Source: Lama glama (Eukaryota). Taken from it: a stretch of 64,000 bases of DNA. A program made the translations under genes and the position numbers. The notes under the pieces are model-generated. The model was not told where the DNA came from and did no database searches. It saw only the letters and a program-made list of their open reading frames with translations. This document shows, piece after piece, positions 36,001 through 60,948 of this stretch (within the stretch, counting starts at the first letter, position 1; every line of letters begins with the position of its first letter). The stretch is from NCBI GenBank assembly GCA_028534125.1, contig CM052841.1, positions 61,628,001 through 61,692,000 on the forward strand. The letters are read 5' to 3'.

Positions 36001-37857
36001 ACGGCCAGGCTGCCCCGCACGGCTGCAGCCCAGCGTGCCTGCGGTGAGCCGAGGGGTCCAGCCTCGTGGGCCCTGACGCCTGTCTTGCTCCCGTAGGCTT
36101 CGCTGTGGGCTGGGGGCCCATTCCCTGGCTCCTCATGTCTGAGATCTTCCCTCTGCACGTCAAGGGCATGGCCACTGGTGTCTGCGTCCTCACCAACTGG
36201 CTCATGGCCTTCCTGGTGACAAAAGAGTTCAGCAGCCTCATGGTGAGTGCTGGCCCTGATGGCCTCCCGTCACACAGTCAACAGAGAAGTGCTTTTAAGA
36301 ATTACTCTTGTTACAAAAGACTCAGGGTCAGTGGCCTCACGTGCAGGCTGAGGCCCCACCATCCTGCAACACCGCCATCTTGCTCAGGGGTGAGGGTAAG
36401 CAGACAGGCAAGGGTGGCAAGGAACCCAGGCTGTGACCACTTGGGAGCCTCCAGGTTGTCTGGGTGGAAGGACAGCCGGGCTGAGCTCCACCATTGGACT
36501 TTGGGGACACGGGAGAAGCAGGGCTGTGTGAGAAGAACTCTGGCTTTGGTGTCAACAGGCCTGGGCTCCAACCCCACCTTGGCCACCTCCCCACTGTGAC
36601 CTGGGGTGTGCTGCTCTCCTTCCTCTATGCCAGCTTCCTTGGCTGAAGATGGAGAAGGGTGACAGTACCTTCCCCTCAGGGTTGACGGGAGTATCGGTTC
36701 ATTTCCACATTTTGCTACCTTCTCGTGAATGGCCTGACACAGACACGGTCCCTGGCTCAGGGCTTCCCATCCAATCAGAGGGACAGTTCTGGCACAGAGA
36801 GTCAGGCCGTTTGTTAGTCACTCATCCCCCCAGGTCACATCCAGCCTGATGAGGGTGCCAGAGGAGCAATGAGTGAGACGGACAGGGTCCCCTTTATGAC
36901 AGGGGACAATGGTAGGAGAATGAACCACCTGGAGGCTGGGCTGGGGCAAAGGGAGGCAGGTCATGGGAGGCATGGATGCTTGGGGCTGGCCCGGACTCTG
37001 CAGGGCCTGGGCCTGCTCAGGCAGGGCTGCCCCAGGGGACAAAGCAGGGAGACCAGGGCAGAGGCCTGGGGGTGGAAATGACTTGCGGTAAGCTTGGAGG
37101 AGACTGACAGTAAAAGAGGGGGAAGGTGGCAAAGGACCTAAGAGTGACCCAGAGGTGTACAGAGAGGCCAGGAGAAGGGCTTCAGGGCAGGAGAGTGGGG
37201 TCACCAGGTCCCAGAGGAAGAGGAGCTGAGAAAGGAGCAGCCTTTGGTTCTGGCACCGGGGAGGTCACTGGGGCTGGGCTGGGAGGGTGGACAGGCTCTG
37301 ACCAAAGGGAATCACTCACTCTCCCCTCCACTGCCAAGGGCCCTGAGTGCCCCTGTGTGCTCCCACGGCCCCATCTCCACCTATTGATAGCTCGCCCATT
37401 TCGTCCAGCACCAAGAAGAGAGACTCCTCAGGGGGCGGGGACCACAGAGGCAGGGCCAAAGCTGAGTGCAGAGGGGAGGTCTGTGGCCCTGGAGTCAGAC
37501 CCCTGATAGTGGGTCTCTGACCTGGCGGCAGTCACTTCAACACAGTGAGCCTCAGTGTCGTCAGCCACACAACGTGCCTTGGACGGAGCTCAGCCAAGGC
37601 ATCTGGATGGCTGCACCAGACCCTCTTCCACTCCCCTGAGGCTGTGTAGGGCTGCCCCGGCTAGGGCCTTGGCTCCTGATCTGCCACGTCCACACGCAGC
37701 CTCTCTCCTCTCTCTGCAGGAGGTGCTCAGGCCCTACGGTGCCTTCTGGCTGGCCTCTGCCTTCTGCATCTTCAGTGTCCTTTTCACTCTGGCCTGTGTC
37801 CCTGAAACCAAAGGAAAGACTTTGGAGCAAATCACAGCTCATTTTGAAGGGCGATGA
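30030..37857 (+). CDS. SLC2A8: SLC2A8 / GLUT8 facilitative hexose transporter, 478 aa: join(30030..30085,30179..30341,30601..30807,32151..32250,33664..33863,34469..34612,34710..34818,35554..35727,36097..36242,37720..37857)
   Basis: 1437-nt spliced [16 protein letters not shown]...HFEGR*; sugar-porter motifs ([37 protein letters not shown]); N-terminal ETQPLL dileucine signal. Confidence 0.97.
30179..30341 (+). CDS. SLC2A8: SLC2A8 exon 2
   Basis: [33 protein letters not shown]...SWFG; AG/GT boundaries. Confidence 0.94.
30601..30807 (+). CDS. SLC2A8: SLC2A8 exon 3
   Basis: [11 protein letters not shown]...SLVAP; AG/GT boundaries. Confidence 0.95.
31790..31940. mobile_element. MER5-like DNA transposon in SLC2A8 intron 3
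   Basis: gtggtcc/ccagcagc...cacctgggagct-like start, agaatct...ccccagacc...agaatctacatttt. Confidence 0.55.
32151..32250 (+). CDS. SLC2A8: SLC2A8 exon 4
   Basis: [33 protein letters not shown]; AG/GT boundaries. Confidence 0.95.
33664..33863 (+). CDS. SLC2A8: SLC2A8 exon 5
   Basis: [10 protein letters not shown]...PETPRFLL...AEHQ; AG/GT boundaries. Confidence 0.94.
34469..34612 (+). CDS. SLC2A8: SLC2A8 exon 6
   Basis: [16 protein letters not shown]...EAKFK; AG/GT boundaries. Confidence 0.94.
34710..34818 (+). CDS. SLC2A8: SLC2A8 exon 7
   Basis: [10 protein letters not shown]...[12 protein letters not shown]; AG/GT boundaries. Confidence 0.94.
35554..35727 (+). CDS. SLC2A8: SLC2A8 exon 8
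   Basis: [12 protein letters not shown]...MCLFIA, includes the NSS glycosylation sequon; AG/GT boundaries. Confidence 0.94.
36097..36242 (+). CDS. SLC2A8: SLC2A8 exon 9
   Basis: [16 protein letters not shown]...FSSLM; AG/GT boundaries. Confidence 0.95.
37720..37857 (+). CDS. SLC2A8: SLC2A8 exon 10 (coding part)
   Basis: [10 protein letters not shown]...HFEGR*. Confidence 0.95.
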   Translation, partial: EVLRPYGAFWLASAFCIFSVLFTLACVPETKGKTLEQITAHFEGR

Positions 37858-38307
37858 CAGCCTCTTCCCGTGAGTGGCTACCCCTCCTAGCTGGACTGGC
37901 TCTGGGCCTCGGAGGAGCTGGGACCTGCCCGTGACTCCAAACTGAGCCTCAGCTGGAGCCTGGAACCCCTGCCTGTCCCCAGGGAGTCAGGATCCAGGAC
38001 TGCAGCACCTTGGAGCCTTGTCCTCTGGGGTCCCTCCTTCCTGCCCAGTTCTCCCCAGCCCAGGGAAGCACAGGGTTGAGGGTCCCAGCCCCGCGGTCCA
38101 GTTCCTCTGCTGCCCTGCAGCTCGGGAGCAGGCGCGTTGCTGTCCGGCAGCCATTCCTCCACACACTGTCTCTGTCATGACACGAAAGTGACAGCGGAGA
38201 AGCGGGGCTCTTGGTTGCTCGTTTTCTGGAGAAGATGCTTTTGGAGGCTGGGTGATGGCCCATGGTTTATCCTCATGTGGCTGCATTGTCAGGAAGGAAT
38301 TTTGCCT

Positions 38308-38313
38308 AATAAA
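38308..38313 (+). terminator. SLC2A8 polyadenylation signal AATAAA
   Basis: Canonical hexamer about 450 nt after the stop codon. Confidence 0.7.
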
Positions 38314-39199
38314 GATTTGACTCAAAATCAGGCCGTGACCTCTGCGTGGGCTGCAGTCAAGAAGGGCATTTTCGTGTCCCTTCCGTAAAACTAGGCCTCC
38401 CGTGAACTGGGCCTTGCCAAGAACATCCGTGGGTCTGCTTTCTCGTGGTCAGCCAGGCTTGCCTTTGGCACTCAGAGGTTATTTCTGGCTCCTTCCTTGA
38501 GCTCAGTCTCCTGAATCATTAGTCATCAAATCTTGTTTGAGTTCCGCTGCAAAAAAAGAAGCCTCTCTTTATACCAACTTTAATGGAGCAAGAAGTCTTT
38601 TACAAATCACTTTTACTATCTGTTATATAACAATATGAGTTTACTGTAGAAAAATTGGAAAACACAGATTTATTTAATACTATTTTTATAGCAGTTACCC
38701 ATCTGCTAGGCACTGTCCTAATAACCACTTTACAAATATTAACCTCTTTTGTTTAGATAAATAATAAAATAGTCACACCTACACCTTTCCAGACAGAACC
38801 TCTGTTGAGAATTTGTCTGGAAAGCTCTCTCTCTCCTAACATCCACACTTTCCAGCATCACTGCACGGAAGTGAGGCACCGTACCTCCCATTCCTCAACC
38901 TGTTTTACTCATGTCTCGGGTTGCACAGTTCCGGCATGTGCCCACCTTGGCATCTTATAGAAAGCTTTGTAATGAGACCAGAGGGAAGAGGAGTGGAAGT
39001 GCAGTGTGGTCCAGGGGAGAGCAGGATCCTGGGTTCAGTTTCTGGAAGATCCTGCAGTAGCTGCTCTGATTTCAGTGAAACGTGCTAAGTAAGACACAGG
39101 ACAGCTTTCAACTGCAGCAAAATCCAGGTGCCTTGGGACCTTCTGGAAGTGAGGTCACGTCCACATACAGGCACGTCTTCATGTTGATAACCACACATC

Positions 39200-39620
39200 A
39201 ACCTTAGTGCCTGCGTTGAAGTCCACTCACTGAGTTGTGAACTGCATTCTGCCATTGTTGGGTGGAGTGTTCTGCAAATGTCAATTAGATCAAGTCGTTC
39301 AGTAGCTTGGTTTAGGTCTTTGACATCCTTACTGACTATCTGTCCGCCTGTTGTATCAGTAACTGAGAGAGAGGTGTTAAAGTCTCCACCTGTAAATGTG
39401 CGTCTTTTGCTCTTTGCAGTTCTGTCAGGTTTTGCTTTATGCACCTTGAGGCTCCAGTAGGTGCCTGCGCATTCAGGGTAGTTACAGTCTCCTGATTGCT
39501 TTGTTCTTTATCATTTTGAATGACCATCTTTATCCCTGGTAAGATTCCTTGTCATGAGGTCTACTTTGTCTGATATCAGTATAACCACCCCAGCTTTCTT
39601 TTGATTGCTGTTTGGATAAT
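39200..39620 (-). mobile_element. L1 ORF2 endonuclease-region fragment
   Basis: ORF 39085..39444 contains GDFNTSLS...DLNQATERLDLIDICRTLHP, a degenerate match to the L1 EN motif GDFNTPLS...DLIDIYRTLHP. Confidence 0.85.
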
Positions 39621-39744
39621 CATTTAAGTTCTCTTATTCCCTGTTCCTTTTCTGTAGCATCCTGTACTTTTCTTTTTGGTGGATTGCCTTTTGGGTTTCT
39701 CTGAGGATACATATTTTCACCTTAAAAATGAAATATATTAAGCA

Positions 39745-40470
39745 TTACTTACATACCATAAAATTCAACAACTGTAGGTATGAAGTTTGATGACTTAGGT
39801 CAAATGTACACAGCCATGTACACTACAATAGAGACATAGGGCATTTTTTTTTAATTTTTTTAAATTTGAGGGGGAGGTAGTTAGGTCAATTTATCTATTT
39901 GTTTTTAGAGGAGGTACTGGGGATTGAACCCAGGACCTTGTGTCTGCTAAGCATGTGCTGTACCACTGAGCTGTACTCTCCCCCGCTGAGACACAGGACA
40001 TTTTCATCACCTCAAAATGTTCCCTCGCGTCCCTTTGCAGGCAATCTCCTTGTACGGCTGTGGCCCTGGCAACCACAGATGTGTTCTGTCCCTATGGTTT
40101 TAGCTTTTCTCAACTTTCATAAAAAATGGAATCATATAGTTTGTAGTCTTTTGTGTCCGGCTTCTTCAGCTTAGTGTTTTTAGGCTCGTCCAGGTTGCTG
40201 CATACATCATGGTTCATTTCTTTGCGCTGTTGAGTAGTAGTCCATTGGACATTTGAACTAGTTCCAGTTTTTGGCTGTTATGAATAAAGTTGCCATAGAC
40301 ATGTGCATGCAAGTCTTTATGTGGAGGGAATAACAGGCCATATGGTAAGTTGATATTGAACTGTTTTAAGAAGTTGCCAAATTGTTTTCCAAACTGCTTG
40401 TACCATTGTGCATTCCCACCAGGATTGGAGGAGAGTTCCAGTTGCTCCACATCCTCAAAAAGACTTAGTA
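39745..40470 (-). mobile_element. L1 3' fragment interrupted by a SINE
   Basis: L1 3'UTR motifs and ORF2 C-terminal-like peptide (ORF 40214..40450 MEQLELS...FGKQFGNFLK). Confidence 0.75.
39845..39987 (-). mobile_element. tRNA-Ala-derived SINE (vic-1-like, long-tail form) with TSD gagacaYaggRcatttt (39831..39847 and 39988..40004)
   Basis: Reverse complement shows A and B boxes and an AGC anticodon arm, followed by a tail and poly-A; TSD matches at 15/17. Confidence 0.85.
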
Positions 40471-41006
40471 TTCACTATTATAAACAGAACTCCTTTTATA
40501 TTTTAATTTTGTGAAAGTTGTCTAATCTGATTCCCTCTGGAATCAGCTGGGTCTGGTTGTTTATCTGGTCCTTCTCTCTTACGTCGCTGGTCTGTCTGGG
40601 ATATCTAGTGAGATCTGGCTGTCCACGTTCAGGAGTGAAGAACTAAGGGGTTAATTGCAAAAGCTGCTGTTTACCCTCCTTACCTTCCTTCTCTCGGTTC
40701 TGTCCCCTTTTTTTACACCTTCACCTTCATTTCAGTGGGAATTGGAGGAAGAGAAAAGGAGGTAAGTGTGTAACTTCAGTCCACCAGCTTGAAATGGAAG
40801 ATTTCTTCACTCTTAATGAATCTGAAGTATTTGTTTGCCATTCAAGTCACGGTGTGGGGCAAAGAGTAGGCGCTCAAATATTGGTTGAATTTAGGATTAT
40901 TTTGGCATATAAATATATCAGAACTTAAATCAACCCACATTGTTCCACATGTAGATTGTTTCCAATTTTTTTGCATATTGATTCTACTGTTATGTAGATT
41001 CGATTT

Positions 41007-41150
41007 AGAGAAAAATGAGAGAAGAGATAACAGAGATGAACTAGAGGAGAGATGAGAGATGGCACTGATAACGGAACAATGATGGTGCAGGAGACAAGAC
41101 AGAAAATAGAGGTGGAGGTGATGGTGACGATGGAAATGGAGATAAACATG
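41007..41150. repeat. Purine-rich (GAGATG/GAGGTG)-like low-complexity tract
   Basis: Read directly; continues past the LTR at about 41530-41550. Confidence 0.6.
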
Positions 41151-41155
41151 GAGGC

Positions 41156-41529
41156 TGTTCCAGGCTGGACTGGGTCCTCCCAAACTCATGTTAAATTCCC
41201 AACACTCAGTGCCTTAGAATGTGACTATGCTTGGAAAGAAGGCCTTTAAAGAGATAATTAAGCTAAAATGAGCTCATAAGGGTGAGGCCTAATCTGACTG
41301 GTGTTCTTAAAAAAAAAAGTTTAGGACAGACTCACAGAGGAAGGACCATGTGAAGACACAGGGAGAAGATGGCCATTTACAAGGCAAGGAGGGGCCTCAG
41401 AAGAAACCAAGCCAACATGGCCAGCACCTCGTCTTGGTCTTCCAGCTTCTGGAACAGTGAAGTAAATTTCTGCTGTTTCAGCCATTCGGTCCCCGGTATT
41501 TGTTCTGTTAGCCCTAGAAAACTGATACA
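41156..41529 (+). mobile_element. MLT1 (ERVL-MaLR) solo LTR
   Basis: TG...CA ends, gaatgtgact...ctttaaagagataattaag, aaatttctgctgttt...gccctagaaaactgataca; 5-bp TSD gaggc/gaggt. Confidence 0.85.
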
Positions 41530-42169
41530 GAGGTGATGGAGATGCAGAGTTAGGGAGGGAGAACTAGAGAGAGCTGTGCAGAGACAGGCGACCAGGTTCC
41601 TTAGGTAAAACCTTAGCGGTGTAATTGCTGGTTGAAGGGGGTGTGCTTTGTTAAAGCTGCCTGTGCGCCCTGTGAGACTTCACCCCAGAAGGTCGTGCAC
41701 TCGCTGTGTCTTGGAGGCGCCTGCCTCTTCCCCACCATCTCAGTCTGTTCCCAGTGAGTCAGCACCAAAGACCAGGGAGCAGGACCTTCAGGCAGGTTCA
41801 GGCACAAATTAGGTGTCGAATGACTGGGACAGCCTTGGCCCCTGTGCTGCTCACATGCACATCGGACTCAATATGACAAACACAGAGGGCCTGGGCAAGT
41901 GGCTGACCCTCCCTGAAACACAGTCTCTGCCCAGGCCACCCACTCTCATCCACCTGGTGGAAGACTGGCACTTAAAGCAAGGCTGCTCCCAGCTCCTGCT
42001 TGTCCATCCCCAGCCTCTGCAAACGGGGGCTGGCAAAGGACCAAGGGAAGGTGGAGGAGGGCCAAGCCCCCAGCCTCCAAGGGAGATGGTTAAACATGTG
42101 GGCAAGAAACGTCACTGTGGCTTCAACCCTACTTTGACCTCTCTCCTCTCTAATCCAGAGGCTGGGAGC

Positions 42170-42400
42170 CAGTGCAGTGTGGTAGGTCAGAACTCTGGGC
42201 TTGGTTCAAATTTTCATTGTATTCCTCACTGACTGTGTGACCTGAAGAAGTCACTTAACCTCCCTAAGCCTCAATTTATTCATCTGTAAAATGGGCAAAA
42301 TGATGCTCTTTCTCATGGGGTTATTATGAGGATGAAAGGAGGTGATTATGTAAAGCACTTAGAACTGAGGAGGGCACTGAATAAGTGCTCAATCAGTTTA
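42170..42400. mobile_element. MIR SINE
   Basis: ctgtgtgacct...gtcacttaacctccctaagcctcaattt...catctgtaaaatggg. Confidence 0.75.
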
Positions 42401-43129
42401 GCTGTTGGTTGTGGTAAGGCTGTGCAGGTGAGGGTGGCAGGTTGTGGTGGAGATAGGGAGCTGCATGCAAGGCTGGTGTGAGGCCCGAGGGGTGCTTCAT
42501 AAAGGGATATTTGAAATCTTTACAGGTTTTTCTCTTATACTCTATTTCCTACCCAACTCCCTCAGCAACTCCTACCCATACCACCACCTCTGATTGCTAC
42601 CAGCACCTACTTACAGGTGCCAAGGACTGTAGGCACACAGGGTCTTCAGAGGTCCCCTTACATTCCCTTGAGTCCCTCCCATCAGAACACAAGATGCTTC
42701 AGGGACCAAGAACCAGCCCCAGCCGACAGTCCTGTATCTACCCCAGGAGCCCTGCCCAGCAGCATCAGGCACAGGACCATGTGAAGTGGGGCAGCGTGAA
42801 ACATCCCCAGAAGACAGGTGCAGCAGAAATTGTGCTTTACCCAGCTCAGGATACAAATGTGCGCTACCAACCAACATCCGCCCAACTCCCACTCCCACCC
42901 CGAGAACAGCTTCCAGGAGAATCCTGGCTTCTGAGAACCTGAGGCAAGAAATGCCCTAACGCCACCCAGTGGCCATAAGTGGAATTGCATAAGCCAAAGT
43001 ATGAAGCACTCTGCTACCTCCCAGTGGTCATGGGTGGGTTCACCAAGACTAAGGCTGAAAGCCCCCTGCTATCCGCCTAGTGGCCATTATGGATTTAGCA
43101 CCTGCTGGGCCTGTGCTGTGAGCAGAAGA

Positions 43130-43310
43130 CACCAGCTGGAGGCCACTAGCCAAGGAGTGTAGGCATCTTCTGGAAGCTGGAAAAAAAAAAAAAAAAAAAA
43201 GGAAACCGATTCTCCCCCTAGAGCCTCCAGAAGGAAAATAGTCTTGCAGACACCTTGATTCTAGCCCAATGAGACCCATCTCAGACTTCTGACCTTCAAG
43301 GTTCTAAGCC
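43130..43310 (+). mobile_element. MLT1 LTR fragment
   Basis: agccaaggag...gaagctggaaaa...ttctcccctagagcctccagaagga...caccttgattctagccc. Confidence 0.7.
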
Positions 43311-43614
43311 TAAAATTGCAGAAGCCCAAAGTAGAGAACAGCTTATCTCAAAGATGTCTGTGGCTGTGCCTTGCCTAATGGAGTCAATCCCAATAAGATT
43401 TACAGAAGGCCCACAAATTTAGAGTTATATTAGAATTATACTGGCAAAAAAAAAAAAACACTACCAGCTGTGACTGAAAGGGACAGAGTTAGTACAAAAT
43501 TAAAAGAGGCTTAGGACACCCCAAACTCATTTCTCCTTCCCAGGTAATGCATTCATATATCCTTAACATCACAATGCCTCTGAAACTGAATTGGGCATCA
43601 GAAAATTGTTTGAT

Positions 43615-43861
43615 TTTCTTTTTTTCTTCTTTACAAAAAAAAAATTTAATGGAGGTACTGGGGATCGAACCCAGGACCTTGCACATGCTGGACATGCACT
43701 CTACCACTGAGCTATACCCACCCCAACCCCTGTTTTTGTTGTTTTTGTTAGTAAGGGGGGACTAGGTTTGTTTGTTTGTTTTTAATGGAGGTACTGGGGA
43801 TTGAATCCAGGACCTTGTGCGTGCTAAGCACGCACTCTACCACTGAGCTATACCTCCACCC
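43615..43861 (-). mobile_element. Two tandem tRNA-Ala-derived SINEs (heads at about 43648-43724 and 43785-43861)
   Basis: Two copies of atggaggtactggggat(c/t)gaa(c/t)ccaggacctt...ctctaccactgagctatacc. Confidence 0.85.
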
Positions 43862-44936
43862 TGCTTGACTTCCAAGGAGTGAAATAATTTTCAACAGGCT
43901 TGGGAAATTTCATCAATGCTCTTAGGAAACCCCTTGAAATAGTCCCTGGTGCAGTACGGAAGCCTCCAAGGGATGAATTTTCCGAAATCTCCTCTCGCAA
44001 CAGTTCTGATCTAACATCACTAAAATGTGCTTTTGCTCCTGAAACTACTTAAGTTCTTTCCTGCTGATAGATTTTTATACTTTGAGCGTTCCAAGCCCAC
44101 CTGTAGCTGCCCTGTTCACACTGAGGCCCTCATTTCCTTTACTCCTCCCAAACGTTCAGGAGGGCTCAAGAGGACCATGAAGGTAACTGGGGCTGGGCCC
44201 TGAGCAGAAGGCCGAGAGAAAGAACCTCAGTGAACCGGTGTCCTTGGCCCGTCAGAGTTGAGAAAGTAGGTGCGCCTGCGCTAAAACCACCGCTCCCAGG
44301 ATCCTCACACGATCTTTCGCGGCCAAGTCTCTTCCTGTCCGAGGCCCTAGTCGTCGGATTCGGTGGACATGAAAAGCATGTGCAACAAAGCGTGATGATA
44401 ATAAATTCTTGGAGCAAGAACAGGGGGAAGCTCTCTGGGAAATACAGTCCACGGAGGGGCGCGGGTCACAACCTGGCACCTAGACATAGCTTTGACCAGG
44501 ACAAGAACCCAGAGATTTCTGGGAAATGGAGTCCGATGGCGCAGGGAGGCATGTGCGCATGACCGGAAGTTGCGTTATTTAGGCGCGTCCTCTTTGGCCT
44601 GGGAGCTGGGCCTGCGACCGCAGTTTGTAAGCTCGTGCAGGTGGCGGTATCCCGTAGCTTTTTCGCGTAGCCGGAAGCGGCTTTTTCTCTAGGTGTTCTG
44701 CTGGAGACCGAGTTGTCTGTTGCACCGCAGGCTCCTGAGCCGTGACCTGGCTGTGGCTGAGCAGACAGTAAAAGACCGGGCTGGACAGGCCCGACCCGGC
44801 TCAGCACCGCAGATTCAGACCCGGCCGTTGAGGGGAGAGGCCTGAGAGAAGAGCCCAGAGCGGGGCTGGACCTTCAGTGAAGTGACGCTGACGGGCAGAG
44901 AACAGCTGGGAGGCGGTGGCGCTAGGTGGGACACAA

Positions 44937-55339
<10,403 letters not shown>

Positions 55340-55416
55340 CTGGGAATACAACCAGAGTGGACTGGGGACATCTGACTTTAAGTCTGTAGCCCAGAGCCAC
55401 AAGTAAAAGCACCTTT

Positions 55417-55422
55417 AATAAA
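55417..55422 (+). terminator. ZNF79 proximal polyadenylation signal AATAAA
   Basis: Canonical hexamer about 80 nt after the stop codon. Confidence 0.6.
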
Positions 55423-57048
55423 ATAGTCACCATTTTACATGTTGCATGTGGAAGGTCTCAGGTGCTAATTTCTCACCATCTTAAGCAAGCATAGACAGCC
55501 CAACTCCAATTATACCCTTGTAGTGTTTTATGTAGCAAGCAATCCAAAAATCTTGGTTTATAAGGAATGAGTGAAGGACTTAGCTCCTACTTAAAGGCCA
55601 GGTATTTTGGCAGCAGTCTGGTCCTAGTAATCTGCTTGCATGAAAGCTGTTACAAAAGGAGAATCAAGAACATGTATTCTCCACTGCAGGGCCACTAAGG
55701 TATCTGGGGGGAATTCAAGTGAGGAAGGGGATTCAAGGGCCAATTACACACTAGAATGGGGATGGGGGAGGAATACTCAAACCCTGATGCCAAATCTAGA
55801 CACAGTTCACACAATCTGTTCAAAGTGGTCTTTTCTAGTAAGGTACGTACCTTTAAATGGAGTCCCTAACAGGGCTGATGAGATTGGGGGAGCCTGGCGG
55901 CAGCCGTGCTCTCCCTGGCTCAGACAGGTGGGTCATTTTCACTTTCCCCTCTTCCTGACAGCCGAGTATCTTTTGTATCAAGCTCTTTATCCTGTTGGCT
56001 TGCTTCCTTTCTCTCCTGCACCCAACTGGTGTAGATCTTATCTCAGCACTTACAAACTCCTGTGTTCTTCCACGGCTTTTTGGTTAGGTAAGCTTAATTT
56101 CAGACTTCCCATGACTGGTCTACTGTAAAGGACACTGTTGGACACTTAACGGTCATCACCCAAGGTCTCTACCTTTGATTTCTTAGTTGACTTGCCCCAT
56201 GTCCTGGAACCTTCCTCACTGTGGAGATCTCAGGTAATCCTTTCCACTAAAGGCAGTTTACCAGTGCTGCTTGCACCAGTATCAACTGAAAACCACCTCA
56301 AAAGACTTGACAAAATGGGAGCAAAAAAGTGACTTAATGCCAGGGAAATGACACTCTTGGGGAAGTCATTCTCAGCCTTTAGGGTGGGTGGTACTTCAGT
56401 GCCCAGGTGTTTTTGAGGTTCACTCATAGCACATCAAATAAGGTTAAAGTGAGTGATGAGCTCTAGAAAGTCAAAGGAAACTCTCCCACTAAGGGAAAGA
56501 CAAGAGGCTTGGGAAAGGTGAATGCATCAGAAAACAGTTACCGGTCTAAAACCAGTTCCGGGTAGGGCCAGACGCTGCTGGTAAGACTGCAGAAGTAAAC
56601 TTGAACCTCACTTTCACATTAACTCAGGATCAGTCAGACTCTTAAGGCCTGGTCAGGTGCATCAATGGTTCTGCATCTAAGCTATGCACTGGACTGGATA
56701 GCAAAGCCCTGAATCATGGGCCCTGAGCCCTCAACCCACCAAATAATTAAATTTGGGGGTGAAAAGCTCCTTCCCCTTGTGTCTATGCTGAACTACAAGT
56801 TTTCTTTCTGACCAAGAATTTTTTCTAATGAGCTCCATGAGTGTGTACAAAAAGCAAACTTCCCTCCTAGGTCTTTTCTGAGCTAGTTCCATAAAGAGTA
56901 TAATCTGTTGTCCACAAGAAGCTTGTTACTCAGACTGCTGCTCCCGCCACAGGTTGTCACCTTGGCCTCAGTGACCATTTGACAACAAAGGCTAAGCTCC
57001 CCCAAGGAAAAGGTCACATCAAAAAGTCCATTAGTTGTCAAATAACCC

Positions 57049-57054
57049 TTTATT
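57049..57054 (-). terminator. RPL12 polyadenylation signal AATAAA
   Basis: tttatt on the + strand, about 20 nt after the stop codon. Confidence 0.85.
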
Positions 57055-57073
57055 AAGTCATCTTCCTTTGTAG

Positions 57074-60710
<3,637 letters not shown>

Positions 60711-60849
60711 GGTGGAGGCGGCTGGTGTCGGATGAACCCGGATTCGGGACGACCGAAGAATGTTGCACCTCGCCTCCTCCGAGCCAAAAGCCGAAAGACC
60801 GGAAGAAAGGGCAGTTACGCCGGATATAGGCCTGAAAGCGCGGCTCTCG

Positions 60850-60948
60850 CGAGAACTGCCGTCTCCGCCCAGCCCCACAGACGCCCTTGTTGCCATATTG
60901 CTTGTGGGCAGGCACCTGAGGCTGACGGTTGGAGAACCCGGCATCGCG
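60850..60948 (+). other. LRSAM1: Probable non-coding first exon of LRSAM1 (donor CG|GTGAGC at 60948/60949; start uncertain)
   Basis: Good + strand donor within the CpG island, upstream of the LRSAM1 coding exons. Confidence 0.5.

Noticed and set aside
43785-43861. tRNA-Ala(AGC)-like sequences here and near 39905, 43648, 45085 and 59449 as true tRNA genes
   Set aside because: They have A-rich tails, TSDs in some copies, stem mismatches and several dispersed copies, so they are SINEs
56640-56670. Short stretch cctggtcaggtgca resembling my recollection of part of SNORA65 (antisense)
   Set aside because: Only about 14 nt, outside any RPL12 intron, no H/ACA architecture visible, and the recollection is unverified
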